Assembly (NCBI GenBank): GCA_964583985.1 | Contig: CAZOYD010000057.1 | Coordinates: 1-22,463 of the forward strand | Length of the DNA stretch: 22,463 bases | Direction of reading: 5' to 3' | Source of the DNA: an uncultured archaeon | Lineage (GTDB): Archaea > Asgardarchaeota > Lokiarchaeia > Sigyniarchaeales > SOKP01 | In this document: positions 7,794 to 16,796 of the stretch, in pieces | Position numbering within the stretch: position 1 is the stretch's first letter | Layout of the letters: each line of letters opens with the position of its first letter | Position numbers and translations under genes: made by a program | Notes under the pieces: generated by a model | What the model was told of the DNA's origin: nothing | Databases searched by the model: none | Seen by the model: the letters and a program-made list of their open reading frames with translations, nothing else

Positions 7794-10415
7794 TTAAACT
7801 ATCTTTTCAATAGTATTATGCGTTTTAGAAGGAGTTACCAGCCTTACAAATAGATAACTAAGTATTGCAGGTACGATTCCCATCCCTATTATGGCAAAAA
7901 AAACAAATGAAATATTATCAGCGAAATTGATATATAGAAAAAACTGTCCAACGGAATCTATTAAATAATGGGCTATTATTCCTGGGATTAAACTGTTTGT
8001 CCGAATCACCATGTATCCAAAAACGAATCCTAAAAGACCTGCATAAAATGCCTGAGGAATAACATTTATTGCAGGTATTCCTGATAGCATATTGGTTAAA
8101 TGAAACAAGCCGAATAAAACAGAAACAATTACCAATGTTATATTTCGAGAATACTTTTTTTCATTTAATGAAGTGATAACCCCCCTGAAAGATACTTCTT
8201 CCCATATGCCTGGAATTAACATGTAAATGAATAAGAACCATCCTAATCCATATAGTGGCGGAGAATAAGGATCTCCAAAAATAAGATTTAAATCCCAGAT
8301 ATGCGTTCCAAAAATATTCCCAAAAATATACACGCTTAAGAAAAATAACATTGAAGCTCCTATGCCAATAAGGATATTTCGAATTAAATGTCTGCCTGTA
8401 TTAAAACGAATAGATTTAGCGAAATCTGAAAAAGTGTTATCATCATTTGGGAGTTTAAAACCTTTAGGAACAATATAGAACCAAAGGAACCCCAAAACTC
8501 CGAATGTTACAAGGAAGACTATTAAAGCAATGCCGATGGGAGGTAACATGTCAATTAACAGTGTAAATGGCCATAATATAAAACTTGGAATATAGAAAAA
8601 GAAAAAATAGGTGATCAGTAGTATAGCAGTTCCTAATAGAGGATGTTTTCTAAAAGTTGCTCTGATCCCAATCATTTTTCTCTTTCCAAACTCTTTTGGA
8701 AACATCAACTTGAGAGTTACATATAAAATGGATAGGGATCCCAAACTTAGTATTAATAATGTTACAGTCATCACCATCATGTCGAAAAATACAAGCAAGA
8801 TGAAGCCAATTACAAGAAAGCCAATACATATTAGAAATTGAGTAGATATTAAGAACACCCACTTCCAAACTTTATGCTCTATGTTTACCTCTTCGAGTAC
8901 ATATTTGTACTTGCACCTTCCGAATAGTCGTAATTTCATTTGGAACATGACCATTAAAAATAGAAGTACTATAGGATACCACGCAATAAACAATCCAATA
9001 TATGGTGCGAACACAGGATTCATTATTAATACGAATACTGGCAAGAAGTATGAGATTAATTGAATACTTATCATTAGAATTAACTTGGCCTTCATTTGAT
9101 CGCGAGGATTCAACGGTAATGAGGCAAGAATTGATGCTCCGGATTCTTCCACATTCAATAAACCAGATACTAGCATTGTCGCAATAATTGGAAAATAAAT
9201 TACAATTATACTCCAAAAAATCATAATATCCCCTGCCATCTCTGCAATACCTTCAGATGATGCTACTCCAGTGATTGTAAGAACCATAATTAGGGGTAAT
9301 ACTATAGGCATGAAAATGAACATCAACATTTGTATATCCTTTGTTGCCATTGACAAATCCTTACGTATATAAGCACTTATTGTTGAACGATTTTCCATTT
9401 TCACTTCAATTTTTTCATCTACTTTCCTACCACTTCTTATTTTTATGGAAGATGAGGAGGTGACCGCTCTCATTGATTTAACCGCTCGACGATATAAAAA
9501 CCAAGTTATGGTCATATAGAGAAATAATCCTATTAAAGTCATCACCCATTGAAGACCTGTAAATCTGGTAGGTTCTATGCACATTGTTAGTAAAAAACTA
9601 GGCGAAAATGGAAAAGGTATCAAAGCTAGAATGATATTAAGTGTTTCTGTATTATCCATTGAATTTGCCATTGCATAAAAGGCACCTATTGATGAGATTG
9701 CTACATTTAGAATTATTGACATGCTAAATATAAGAATAAAATATCCCAGCATTGTAATGAGTCGTATTGTTGTTGCTCTTTTAGTGTTAATTTCCTGGAT
9801 TCGAAATATTCGACTGAGTCTTTGAGAAACAATAACCAAAACGCTAAATGCAAATAGTGCATTAATTAATGATACTAAAAGACTTACAATGAATAATAGA
9901 ATATTCTGGGTAATTATCACCATTGTGATTGGAAATGCAATGGTTAAAAGAATCAAACCGACGTCAACATTGCGAAATACTGTCAAAAAACCTAATTTAT
10001 TCAAGCGATCTTTTGAAATTGGTAAAGTCTCGAACCAACGGAATACTTCCCCAGATAATAAAGCTGAAATATTCATCAATCCTAAAATTAATAGATATCC
10101 TGTCTGCATGGCAAAAAAAACAGACAATATCAAGCTACCCGCGAAAAGTCCGGCATTTACATTAGGAGTGTGGCCTCCCAAAAAATCGATTAGATTTAAA
10201 TAACTAATTATTGGTACAATGGTAATTAGTACTAAAAGAAATCCATAAGAAACTTTCAATCCAATAGCTTGATTTTTTATTGAATTTTTATTTTTTTTGT
10301 ATCTTTCCATCAATTTAGATTGATTAGCTCCTGAAGCTTGCACTTGAGCTTCCATTATCACCTCAAGATTCGTATACTTCGCCATTTTATACAAACTAAA
10401 TTTTTGATCTGTCAT
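7794..10415 (-). CDS. ABC exporter permease fused to a C-terminal CPBP intramembrane protease, copy 2
   Basis: Collinear paralog of 4299..6923 (shared AKYTNLE..MEAQVQ..GANQ, ETLPIS, YIRKDLS, SGASILASLPL). CPBP motifs PGIWEEVSFRG, FGLFH and HYLID. Confidence 0.85.
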   Translation of the reverse strand: MTDQKFSLYKMAKYTNLEVIMEAQVQASGANQSKLMERYKKNKNSIKNQAIGLKVSYGFLLVLITIVPIISYLNLIDFLGGHTPNVNAGLFAGSLILSVFFAMQTGYLLILGLMNISALLSGEVFRWFETLPISKDRLNKLGFLTVFRNVDVGLILLTIAFPITMVIITQNILLFIVSLLVSLINALFAFSVLVIVSQRLSRIFRIQEINTKRATTIRLITMLGYFILIFSMSIILNVAISSIGAFYAMANSMDNTETLNIILALIPFPFSPSFLLTMCIEPTRFTGLQWVMTLIGLFLYMTITWFLYRRAVKSMRAVTSSSSIKIRSGRKVDEKIEVKMENRSTISAYIRKDLSMATKDIQMLMFIFMPIVLPLIMVLTITGVASSEGIAEMAGDIMIFWSIIVIYFPIIATMLVSGLLNVEESGASILASLPLNPRDQMKAKLILMISIQLISYFLPVFVLIMNPVFAPYIGLFIAWYPIVLLFLMVMFQMKLRLFGRCKYKYVLEEVNIEHKVWKWVFLISTQFLICIGFLVIGFILLVFFDMMVMTVTLLILSLGSLSILYVTLKLMFPKEFGKRKMIGIRATFRKHPLLGTAILLITYFFFFYIPSFILWPFTLLIDMLPPIGIALIVFLVTFGVLGFLWFYIVPKGFKLPNDDNTFSDFAKSIRFNTGRHLIRNILIGIGASMLFFLSVYIFGNIFGTHIWDLNLIFGDPYSPPLYGLGWFLFIYMLIPGIWEEVSFRGVITSLNEKKYSRNITLVIVSVLFGLFHLTNMLSGIPAINVIPQAFYAGLLGFVFGYMVIRTNSLIPGIIAHYLIDSVGQFFLYINFADNISFVFFAIIGMGIVPAILSYLFVRLVTPSKTHNTIEKIV

Positions 10416-10424
10416 TTAATCACA

Positions 10425-11219
10425 TCAATTTTTATTATTGAATGACTTCCGTAATTTCTTGACAATTTCTTCTACTGATGTATCTTCCTCTGTTAATCTC
10501 AAATAAACATCCTCCAATCGTGCTCCAATTTTGTTCGATTGAGCGTTTAGCTCTGCAATGGTCCCGATCCCTACAATTTTACCCTTATTAATGATCGCAA
10601 TTCTATCACATAATTCTTCAGCTATTTCCATTATGTGTGTAGAAAATAAGACGGATCCACCTTTTTCTAAATGCATTTCTAATATCTCTTTCATGACTTT
10701 TACTGATTTAGCATCTAATCCTGCCAAAGGTTCATCTAAAATGAGTAAATCAGGTTCATGTAATATCGCTGCTATAATCTGTATTTTTTGCTTGTTTCCA
10801 TGAGATAAAGTTGCTATAAGTTGATTATAATACTCTAAAGCTCCTAAACTCTCCAAATATTCCTGGGCTTTTTCAGTTGTCTTCTCGGATGTCATTCCTC
10901 TTATGGAAGCTACAAAATTGAATAAATCCTTAGGAGTAAGTGATTTAAAAATGAGTGGTTCTTCAGATACGTAACCTATACGGCTTTTAATCAGAAGTTC
11001 ATCCTTCTCTGGATCCATTCCAAGCACTTCTAATTCACCTTCATCCGATTCGAGAAGACCTAATAGAAGTTTGATGGTCGTGGTTTTACCAGCACCATTA
11101 GGCCCTAAAAGTCCAAAAATTTCGCCTTTATTTACGTTGAAAGAAATCCCATTTACAGCTTTAACATCGCCGAAGAATTTCTTCAAATTTTTAACTGAAA
11201 TCATTACATCGTTCATCAT
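10425..11219 (-). CDS. ABC transporter ATP-binding protein, copy 2
   Basis: GPNGAGKTT, LSHGNKQK, LILDEP, STH. The ORF-track GTG start at 11228 lies inside the TGTGAT SD motif, so ATG 11219 (or 11216) is more likely. Confidence 0.93.
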   Translation of the reverse strand: MMNDVMISVKNLKKFFGDVKAVNGISFNVNKGEIFGLLGPNGAGKTTTIKLLLGLLESDEGELEVLGMDPEKDELLIKSRIGYVSEEPLIFKSLTPKDLFNFVASIRGMTSEKTTEKAQEYLESLGALEYYNQLIATLSHGNKQKIQIIAAILHEPDLLILDEPLAGLDAKSVKVMKEILEMHLEKGGSVLFSTHIMEIAEELCDRIAIINKGKIVGIGTIAELNAQSNKIGARLEDVYLRLTEEDTSVEEIVKKLRKSFNNKN

Positions 11220-11262
11220 TATTATCACAAATGTTATTTTAACAAGAATAAATATTTTTCAA

Positions 11263-11294
11263 ATATCTAATTATATATTAATATATCTAATTAT
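11263..11294. repeat. 12-bp direct repeat ATATCTAATTAT x2 overlapping a 14-bp perfect palindrome, upstream of the ABC-CPBP modules
   Basis: Repeat copies at 11263-11274 and 11283-11294; palindrome ATATATTAATATAT at 11273-11286. Confidence 0.45.
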
Positions 11295-11333
11295 TTAATA
11301 GTATATTTAAATCTTTTTACAAGAAATATGACT

Positions 11334-11345
11334 AAAAAAAAAAAA
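11334..11345 (-). terminator. Putative oligo(T) terminator after EamA-B
   Basis: A12 run on plus (T12 on minus), about 58 nt after the stop codon. Confidence 0.4.
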
Positions 11346-11402
11346 TATATTTTGCCCATTACAACAGATATTCCAAATATATATCTTTATATTATTCTAT
11401 TA

Positions 11403-12374
11403 TCAAAGTATATTATATTTTTTTGAATCTTTTTGAGTTATTATTATAATTACTGAAATCACTACAATGGTAGTCCCTATTAAATGAAAAATGGTAAAAG
11501 CTTCCTTTAATAAGAATGTAGCAAATATAGCGGTAACTATCGGTGTAGGAGAAAATAAGATGGTAGCTTTTGAAACATCTAAATAAGAAAGTGTTTTGTA
11601 CCAACAAAAAAGTCCAATTCCATAAACCACACCCATGCTAATGAAATAAATTTGATTTAAGGGTATTGTTAATAAACTTAAATTACTGATAGGAAAAAAT
11701 ATTATATAAGTGAAAAATAGTATGATGCCACTCAATAGATTCCTCAAGAAAACCATTTGAGTTGGTGTAGCTTCTCCTCTATTAAAAATGGGTTTAGTAA
11801 TCGTATGACCATACATCCATAAGCATGTTATAAATAATAAAATTAACACTCCTATTAAAGTATCATAGTCAAATGAAAAAAATTTTCCTTGGGTAATTGC
11901 AATTATTAATCCCATAAAGAGGATTATTGAGAATAGAATTTGACGTCTATTTACTCTTTCTTTTAAGATTGTCCAACCAAATATTAAACCAAAAAAAACA
12001 GTGGTTTTCTGGGTTAATGAACCATTTATTGCTCCGGCAAAACTATATCCAATGAAAAATAAAAGCTGATTAAGACCAAATATTAGACCAATAAAGATCA
12101 ATAACTTGATATTTTTCCTCCAATTTATAAGAACTATAATTAACTTCTCTTGATTTGTATTTTCATTATGTTTTTTATCAAAAGGTTTGAAGATTTCTAT
12201 CAGTACCAATGGGAGAAAAATCAACATTTCTATCAAACACGTCATTGTCGCAAAAATATGAGCGTCCAATGAGGAAGGGCGAGAATTTGCGATAATGGGT
12301 TGAAAACCAACAAAAATATCACCCAAAATGCCATAAATTAAGCCACGCTTATAACCAATGTTCAAGGTGTGCAA
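11403..12374 (-). CDS. DMT/EamA family transporter (EamA-B)
   Basis: About 10 TM segments in two repeats ending ILKER and LLKE; WYKTL...VSKATI...TPIVTA. The TTG start is uncertain (alternative TTG at 12365). Confidence 0.88.
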   Translation of the reverse strand: MHTLNIGYKRGLIYGILGDIFVGFQPIIANSRPSSLDAHIFATMTCLIEMLIFLPLVLIEIFKPFDKKHNENTNQEKLIIVLINWRKNIKLLIFIGLIFGLNQLLFFIGYSFAGAINGSLTQKTTVFFGLIFGWTILKERVNRRQILFSIILFMGLIIAITQGKFFSFDYDTLIGVLILLFITCLWMYGHTITKPIFNRGEATPTQMVFLRNLLSGIILFFTYIIFFPISNLSLLTIPLNQIYFISMGVVYGIGLFCWYKTLSYLDVSKATILFSPTPIVTAIFATFLLKEAFTIFHLIGTTIVVISVIIIITQKDSKKYNIL

Positions 12375-12407
12375 AAAAGTAATTTAAAAGTTAAATATTT
12401 TTAGAAT

Positions 12408-12521
12408 TTAATGAAAATGCTTTTTCTTTCGTATAATTGTGAAAATAAAGAATAATATAATAAATATTCCAGTTAAATGGAATACCACGAAAGATTCCCC
12501 TCAAAGCATAAAAGAAAAAAT
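12408..12521 (-). pseudogene. Remnant of the 3' end of an EamA-A copy
   Basis: Translates IFSFML*GESFVVFHLTGIFIILFFIFTIIRKKKHFH*, which aligns without gaps to the EamA-A C-terminus FFSFLFLNEIFTIYHLVGTIIIIFAIFMIIREK. Internal TGA at 12501-12503. Confidence 0.75.
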
Positions 12522-12620
12522 GATGGATCTTCTATAATCTATAAAAAAATAATACTTTTATTTTCTATTTCTTTAGGCTTTCATTTCTTGAGCCATTAAA
12601 TTACATGAAATAACAATTTG

Positions 12621-12637
12621 AAAAAAAAAGAAAAAAA
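12621..12637 (-). terminator. Putative oligo(T) terminator after hppA copy 2
   Basis: T7-C-T9 tract on the minus strand, about 22 nt after the stop codon. Confidence 0.5.
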
Positions 12638-12658
12638 TACAATTCATTTAATTATTTA

Positions 12659-14770
12659 TTAAAAAGCAATTAAACCTCCGAATATGAGAAAAAGTGGTCC
12701 AAAAGTAATAGAAACTGTGTTTATCACTTTAATAAAAATATGAAGAGATGGACCAGCAGTATCTTTTAATGGATCTCCAAAGGTATCTCCTATAATAGAT
12801 GCAGCATGAGCTTCTGATCCTTTTCCTCCTAATAATCCACCTTCGATGGCTTTCTTCGCATTATCTAGTGCTCCTCCTCCAGTATTCATTACAAAACCGA
12901 GTAGCAGACCTGACACTGTTCCAGAGATTAAGAAAGCAGCAATGGCTATTGGACCAAATAGAAGCCCTACTAATAATGGCATCCCTACAGCAAGAAATGC
13001 AGGAGCAATCATTTGTTTTAAAGCGACTTTCGTTGAAATATCAATGGGGGTAGTATAATCTGGAGTAGCTGTTCCTTTAACTATGTCTGGATTTAATTTA
13101 AATTGTTTTTTAATTTCTCTAACGATTGCATCAGCTGAAATACCTGCGCCTCTAATCGCCAATGCAGAAAATAGAAAAGGCGTAACTCCACCAATAAGTA
13201 ATGTACACATTATTATGGGATGATATATATTTACGTCACTCGAATGAGTTTCTTCTAAATATGCTACATATAAAATTATTGCTGAGAGTGCAGCACAAGT
13301 CATGCCGAAACCTTTTGCTAAAGCTTTAGTAGTATTTCCTGCAGAATCTAAACGATCTAAATTGTCTCGGACCTCATTTCCAAGATGTGCCATTTCTGCT
13401 ATCCCTGCTGCGTTGTCTGCTACAGGACCAAAGCCATCAAACGCTAAAATAAGAGAAGTCATCGCTAACAAGCCCATTGTAGCAACAGTCACTCCAAAAA
13501 CGCCAGCTTTAAACAAATCTCCAACGCCAATTAGTAACCCATAATATTCACCTAAAAAGAAACACAAAAGTATGCAAATTACAAACGAAACAATTGGAAG
13601 CACTGTTGATTCTAACCCTAATGCAAAACCACTAATAACATTTGTTGCTGCACTTGATTCAGAAGCTTTAATTACATCTTTAACTGGCCGGTAATGTGCG
13701 GATGTATAATAGTCTACGATTAGATAAGAAGATAATGCTAAAAGGATCCCTATTACCGCGCAAAGAAATAAAACCCACCACGCTCCTCCAAAAGAAATCA
13801 AGGATAATAGAAAAAAGAATCCAATACATATTAATGCTGTTGCAATAAGGGCACGTCCAAATTCTTTAATAGGATTAAAATCATCTCCATTTTTACTTTC
13901 TGATTTTATAAAAAGACCTCCTAAAATTCCAGCTATATTTCCAAGCGCTCGTGAAATTAATGAAAATATAATAAAAAATGGATTTGCTGTAACGGCACTT
14001 AAGGTCACTCCTATAATCATAGCACCTAAATTATTAGCCGATGAAGATTCAAAAAGATCAGCACCTCTACCTGCACAATCACCAACCATATCCCCCACAT
14101 TATCAGCAATTGTTGCAGGGTTTCTAACATCATCTTCAGCTAACCCTGTTTCCAATTTTCCAACAATATCTGCGCCAATATCTGCTCCTTTTGTAAAGAT
14201 ACCCCCTCCTAATTGTGCAAACAGTGCTGCGAACGATGCTCCGAATCCAAACCCTACTATATTAGCGACGGTAAAGTTGTATAAAACATATAGTATGGTA
14301 ATTGCTAATAACGAAGTTGAAATAACACTACTTCCGATAACCATTCCTGAATTGAATCCAATTTTTAATGCTTTTTGAGCACTTGTTTTACACGCTTGAG
14401 CAACTCTAACATTTGCTATGGTGGAAACAAGCATGCTAATGTAACTTGCTACTATGGAACTTATGGCTCCTATAAGAAAAGAGATCGCGATATCTAAGCT
14501 GATAAAAATAAATAGAACAAAGATTATCAATAACACTATGGCTACCGTCTTATATTGTCTTTTTAGAAATGTTTTCGATCCTTCTGAAATTGCATCATGT
14601 ACTCTTAACATTTCCGGACTTCCACTATCTAATCTTCTGATACTCTTCAGAAGGTACAAAACGTAAATAATTCCTACTATTGATAATACAATAGTTAAAA
14701 TCAAAAAAATCAAATAGAGGTAATAAGTTAAATTCCCAACCGTAGAAAAATCAAAATCTTGATATAACAT
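12659..14770 (-). CDS. hppA: Membrane-bound ion-translocating pyrophosphatase, K+-independent H+-PPase type, copy 2
   Basis: GGGIFTKGADIGADIVGKLE, EDDVRN, DNVGDMVGDCAGRGADLFES, GPVADNA, GNTTKA (Lys marks K+ independence), DNAKK, GDPLKDTAGPS. Confidence 0.95.
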   Translation of the reverse strand: MLYQDFDFSTVGNLTYYLYLIFLILTIVLSIVGIIYVLYLLKSIRRLDSGSPEMLRVHDAISEGSKTFLKRQYKTVAIVLLIIFVLFIFISLDIAISFLIGAISSIVASYISMLVSTIANVRVAQACKTSAQKALKIGFNSGMVIGSSVISTSLLAITILYVLYNFTVANIVGFGFGASFAALFAQLGGGIFTKGADIGADIVGKLETGLAEDDVRNPATIADNVGDMVGDCAGRGADLFESSSANNLGAMIIGVTLSAVTANPFFIIFSLISRALGNIAGILGGLFIKSESKNGDDFNPIKEFGRALIATALICIGFFFLLSLISFGGAWWVLFLCAVIGILLALSSYLIVDYYTSAHYRPVKDVIKASESSAATNVISGFALGLESTVLPIVSFVICILLCFFLGEYYGLLIGVGDLFKAGVFGVTVATMGLLAMTSLILAFDGFGPVADNAAGIAEMAHLGNEVRDNLDRLDSAGNTTKALAKGFGMTCAALSAIILYVAYLEETHSSDVNIYHPIIMCTLLIGGVTPFLFSALAIRGAGISADAIVREIKKQFKLNPDIVKGTATPDYTTPIDISTKVALKQMIAPAFLAVGMPLLVGLLFGPIAIAAFLISGTVSGLLLGFVMNTGGGALDNAKKAIEGGLLGGKGSEAHAASIIGDTFGDPLKDTAGPSLHIFIKVINTVSITFGPLFLIFGGLIAF

Positions 14771-14859
14771 TTATAATCACAATTTTATCTCTTATATTTA
14801 TCGAAAATCAATTAAAAATTTAATAACCAATTTGTAACTAAATATTTTAAAATTAATAA

Positions 14860-15170
14860 ATGGAAAAATAATTTGTCCCATTTAAGTCTTATTTTATACC
14901 TATGAATAAGCGACTTAAAATTTTATTTCCAATTATTTAAAACTTTCTTTAATTTGTCTTTTATTCAAAAATTGGCGTTTTTTTCCCAAAAGGGGTTATA
15001 AATTTCTCTAAGGACCAAAGAAAGAAATATAAAAACTTCGATGATACAAGTAATGGAAACAAAAAGATGTGCATCCAAAACAGATGGGCGTGAATTTGCT
15101 ATAATTGGCTGAAACCCAGACAAAGCAGTTCTAACTATTCCGTAGATGATGCCTTTGTCTATGTTATCTA
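14860..15170 (-). pseudogene. Decayed 5' portion of an EamA-B copy (overlaps ORF 14965..15228)
   Basis: KGIIYGIVRTALSGFQPIIANSRPSVLDAHLF...LVLREIYNPF matches the EamA-B N-terminus. Homology continues past TGA 14965-14967 (KDKLKKVLNNWK*NFKSLI vs QEKLIIVLINWRKNIKLLI), through TAA 14923-14925, and then a frameshift (IGIK*DLN vs IGLIFGLN). Confidence 0.82.
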
Positions 15171-15250
15171 ATAAATTAAACAAAAACCCGTAAAGTATAA
15201 AAACGTTGGTATAGTTAATTAAATGCATTTCATTATCATTTTAACTCCTA

Positions 15251-16195
15251 TTATTCCGGTTTTTCTCGTATAATCATGAATATTGCAAAAATAATGATAA
15301 TCGTACCGACTAAATGATATATTGTAAAAATTTCATTTAAGAATAAGAAAGAGAAGAAAGCAGTAACTATCGGCGTTAATGAACCCACAATTGTAGTCTT
15401 CCCGATCTGGAAATAAGTAAGGGCTTTATACCAGGTATACAACGAAAATCCATAATCTAAACTCATAAGTGTAAAATAAACATAATTTATGGGGGTTAAC
15501 AAGATAATTAAATTATCTAAAGGATAAAAGATGAAATACGTTGAGATTAATAGAATTCCACTGAAAATATTACGAATGAACACCACTTGAGAAGAAAATA
15601 TTTCATTTTTTTCCAAACTAATTTTGGTTAACGTATGAATAAATGTAAATAATGCAACAGTGAAGATTATCATAATGATCCCCAAATTTAGTTGAAGGAC
15701 ATCTAAAGAGCCTTGAGTTACTGCTAAGATCAAACCGAACGATAATAAAAAGAAAAAGAAGATTTGAACCTTATTGATTCTTTCTTTTAAAAAAAAATAA
15801 CCAAAGAGTAAGGCAAAGATTATCTCACATTTCGATGCAAGAGAACTATTAACGGCCCCTGCTAATGCATATCCGATATATAAAAATACTGGAATAAATG
15901 TAAAACCGATTCCAATTATGATGAATAAAATCAGATTCTTTTTCTTTTTCCACCCATGAAGTAAAAGGTTATATTTCTCATTATGTTGTGAATTATTCAA
16001 CAGAGCCTTGTACTTTTTTCTCTCGACTAAATAGATAGGAAGGAATAAAATGGCTTCAAAGAGAGCGGTTACTGCTGCAAAAATATAAGCATCAATACTC
16101 GGTGGTCTAGAATTTGCAATAACGGGTTGCAATCCGATTAGAAAAGCCCCAATAACGCTATATAGTAACCCTTTCTTAAAGTTATAATTATTCAT
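15251..16195 (-). CDS. DMT/EamA family transporter (EamA-A)
   Basis: Two EamA repeats (FLKER, FLNE); paralogous to 11403..12374 (QPxIANSRP, QxVFxRN, WYKxL, TPIVTA). Confidence 0.9.
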   Translation of the reverse strand: MNNYNFKKGLLYSVIGAFLIGLQPVIANSRPPSIDAYIFAAVTALFEAILFLPIYLVERKKYKALLNNSQHNEKYNLLLHGWKKKKNLILFIIIGIGFTFIPVFLYIGYALAGAVNSSLASKCEIIFALLFGYFFLKERINKVQIFFFFLLSFGLILAVTQGSLDVLQLNLGIIMIIFTVALFTFIHTLTKISLEKNEIFSSQVVFIRNIFSGILLISTYFIFYPLDNLIILLTPINYVYFTLMSLDYGFSLYTWYKALTYFQIGKTTIVGSLTPIVTAFFSFLFLNEIFTIYHLVGTIIIIFAIFMIIREKPE

Positions 16196-16291
16196 GAAAA
16201 ATTCAAAAGAGAAATTTAGTTAGAGAATGGTTAAAAGAATTAAAATGCTTGCTATAATAGTTTAATTTGAGCCACGCATATTTTTTAGTAT

Positions 16292-16768
16292 TTATGTATT
16301 ATGAACAATCAAAACTGGTATTCTAGTTTCTTTAATGACAAATTCTGAGATTTTCCCAAAGACAGTGCTAAAACTTTTACTGGCAGAATCCGTTCCTAAT
16401 ATGCAAAGGTCATAATGAAATTCATTTATCTCCTCGACAAATTGAGCCCTTGGATTGCCAGATCTCATTTTTAAATCGTAACCTAAATTGATTTTTTGAT
16501 TTAGAATATAATCCTTTATTTTATCAAATATGTCATTACCAATTGCTTCTGTTCGAGCTTGCAATAATAAAAAATCATCAACCTGACTTCGTGATTTCTC
16601 TATGGATTCGATGCCTTTATAATGCGTTATGATATAATCCTCAGTGATAACATAAAGGAATGTTAGTTTTGCATTGGTTAAGCTACCAATTTTTAATCCA
16701 TACTTCATGGCTTCATAACCATCATTTGAACCATCTACTCCAACTAATATACTTTTAAAAATATCCAA
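16292..16768 (-). CDS. Universal stress protein (UspA family)
   Basis: FKSILVGVDGS, GNP, DLCILG, PVLIV; TTG start preceded by GGAGGAGAT (16772-16780). Confidence 0.9.
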   Translation of the reverse strand: MDIFKSILVGVDGSNDGYEAMKYGLKIGSLTNAKLTFLYVITEDYIITHYKGIESIEKSRSQVDDFLLLQARTEAIGNDIFDKIKDYILNQKINLGYDLKMRSGNPRAQFVEEINEFHYDLCILGTDSASKSFSTVFGKISEFVIKETRIPVLIVHNT

Positions 16769-16796
16769 CTTATCTCCTCCTCTCTTCTATTCATAA

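Noticed and set aside
6935-11219. Non-canonical ABC signature LSHGNKQ and Glu at the Q-loop as signs of inactive ATPases
   Set aside because: Such variants occur in ABC-2/EcsA-like ATPases; Walker A, Walker B Glu and the H-loop are intact in both copies.
12588-12595. TTGAGCCA shared with the usp-eamA-A spacer (about 16267-16274) as a further duplication remnant
   Set aside because: Only 8 bp with no flanking alignment, and I could not translate any usp remnant in 12530-12658.
14965-15228. 87-aa ORF as a real small protein, or TGA read-through (selenocysteine) at 14965
   Set aside because: Homology to EamA-B continues through a second stop (TAA) and a frameshift, and the TGA does not align to a Cys. 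This is pseudogene decay, not recoding.
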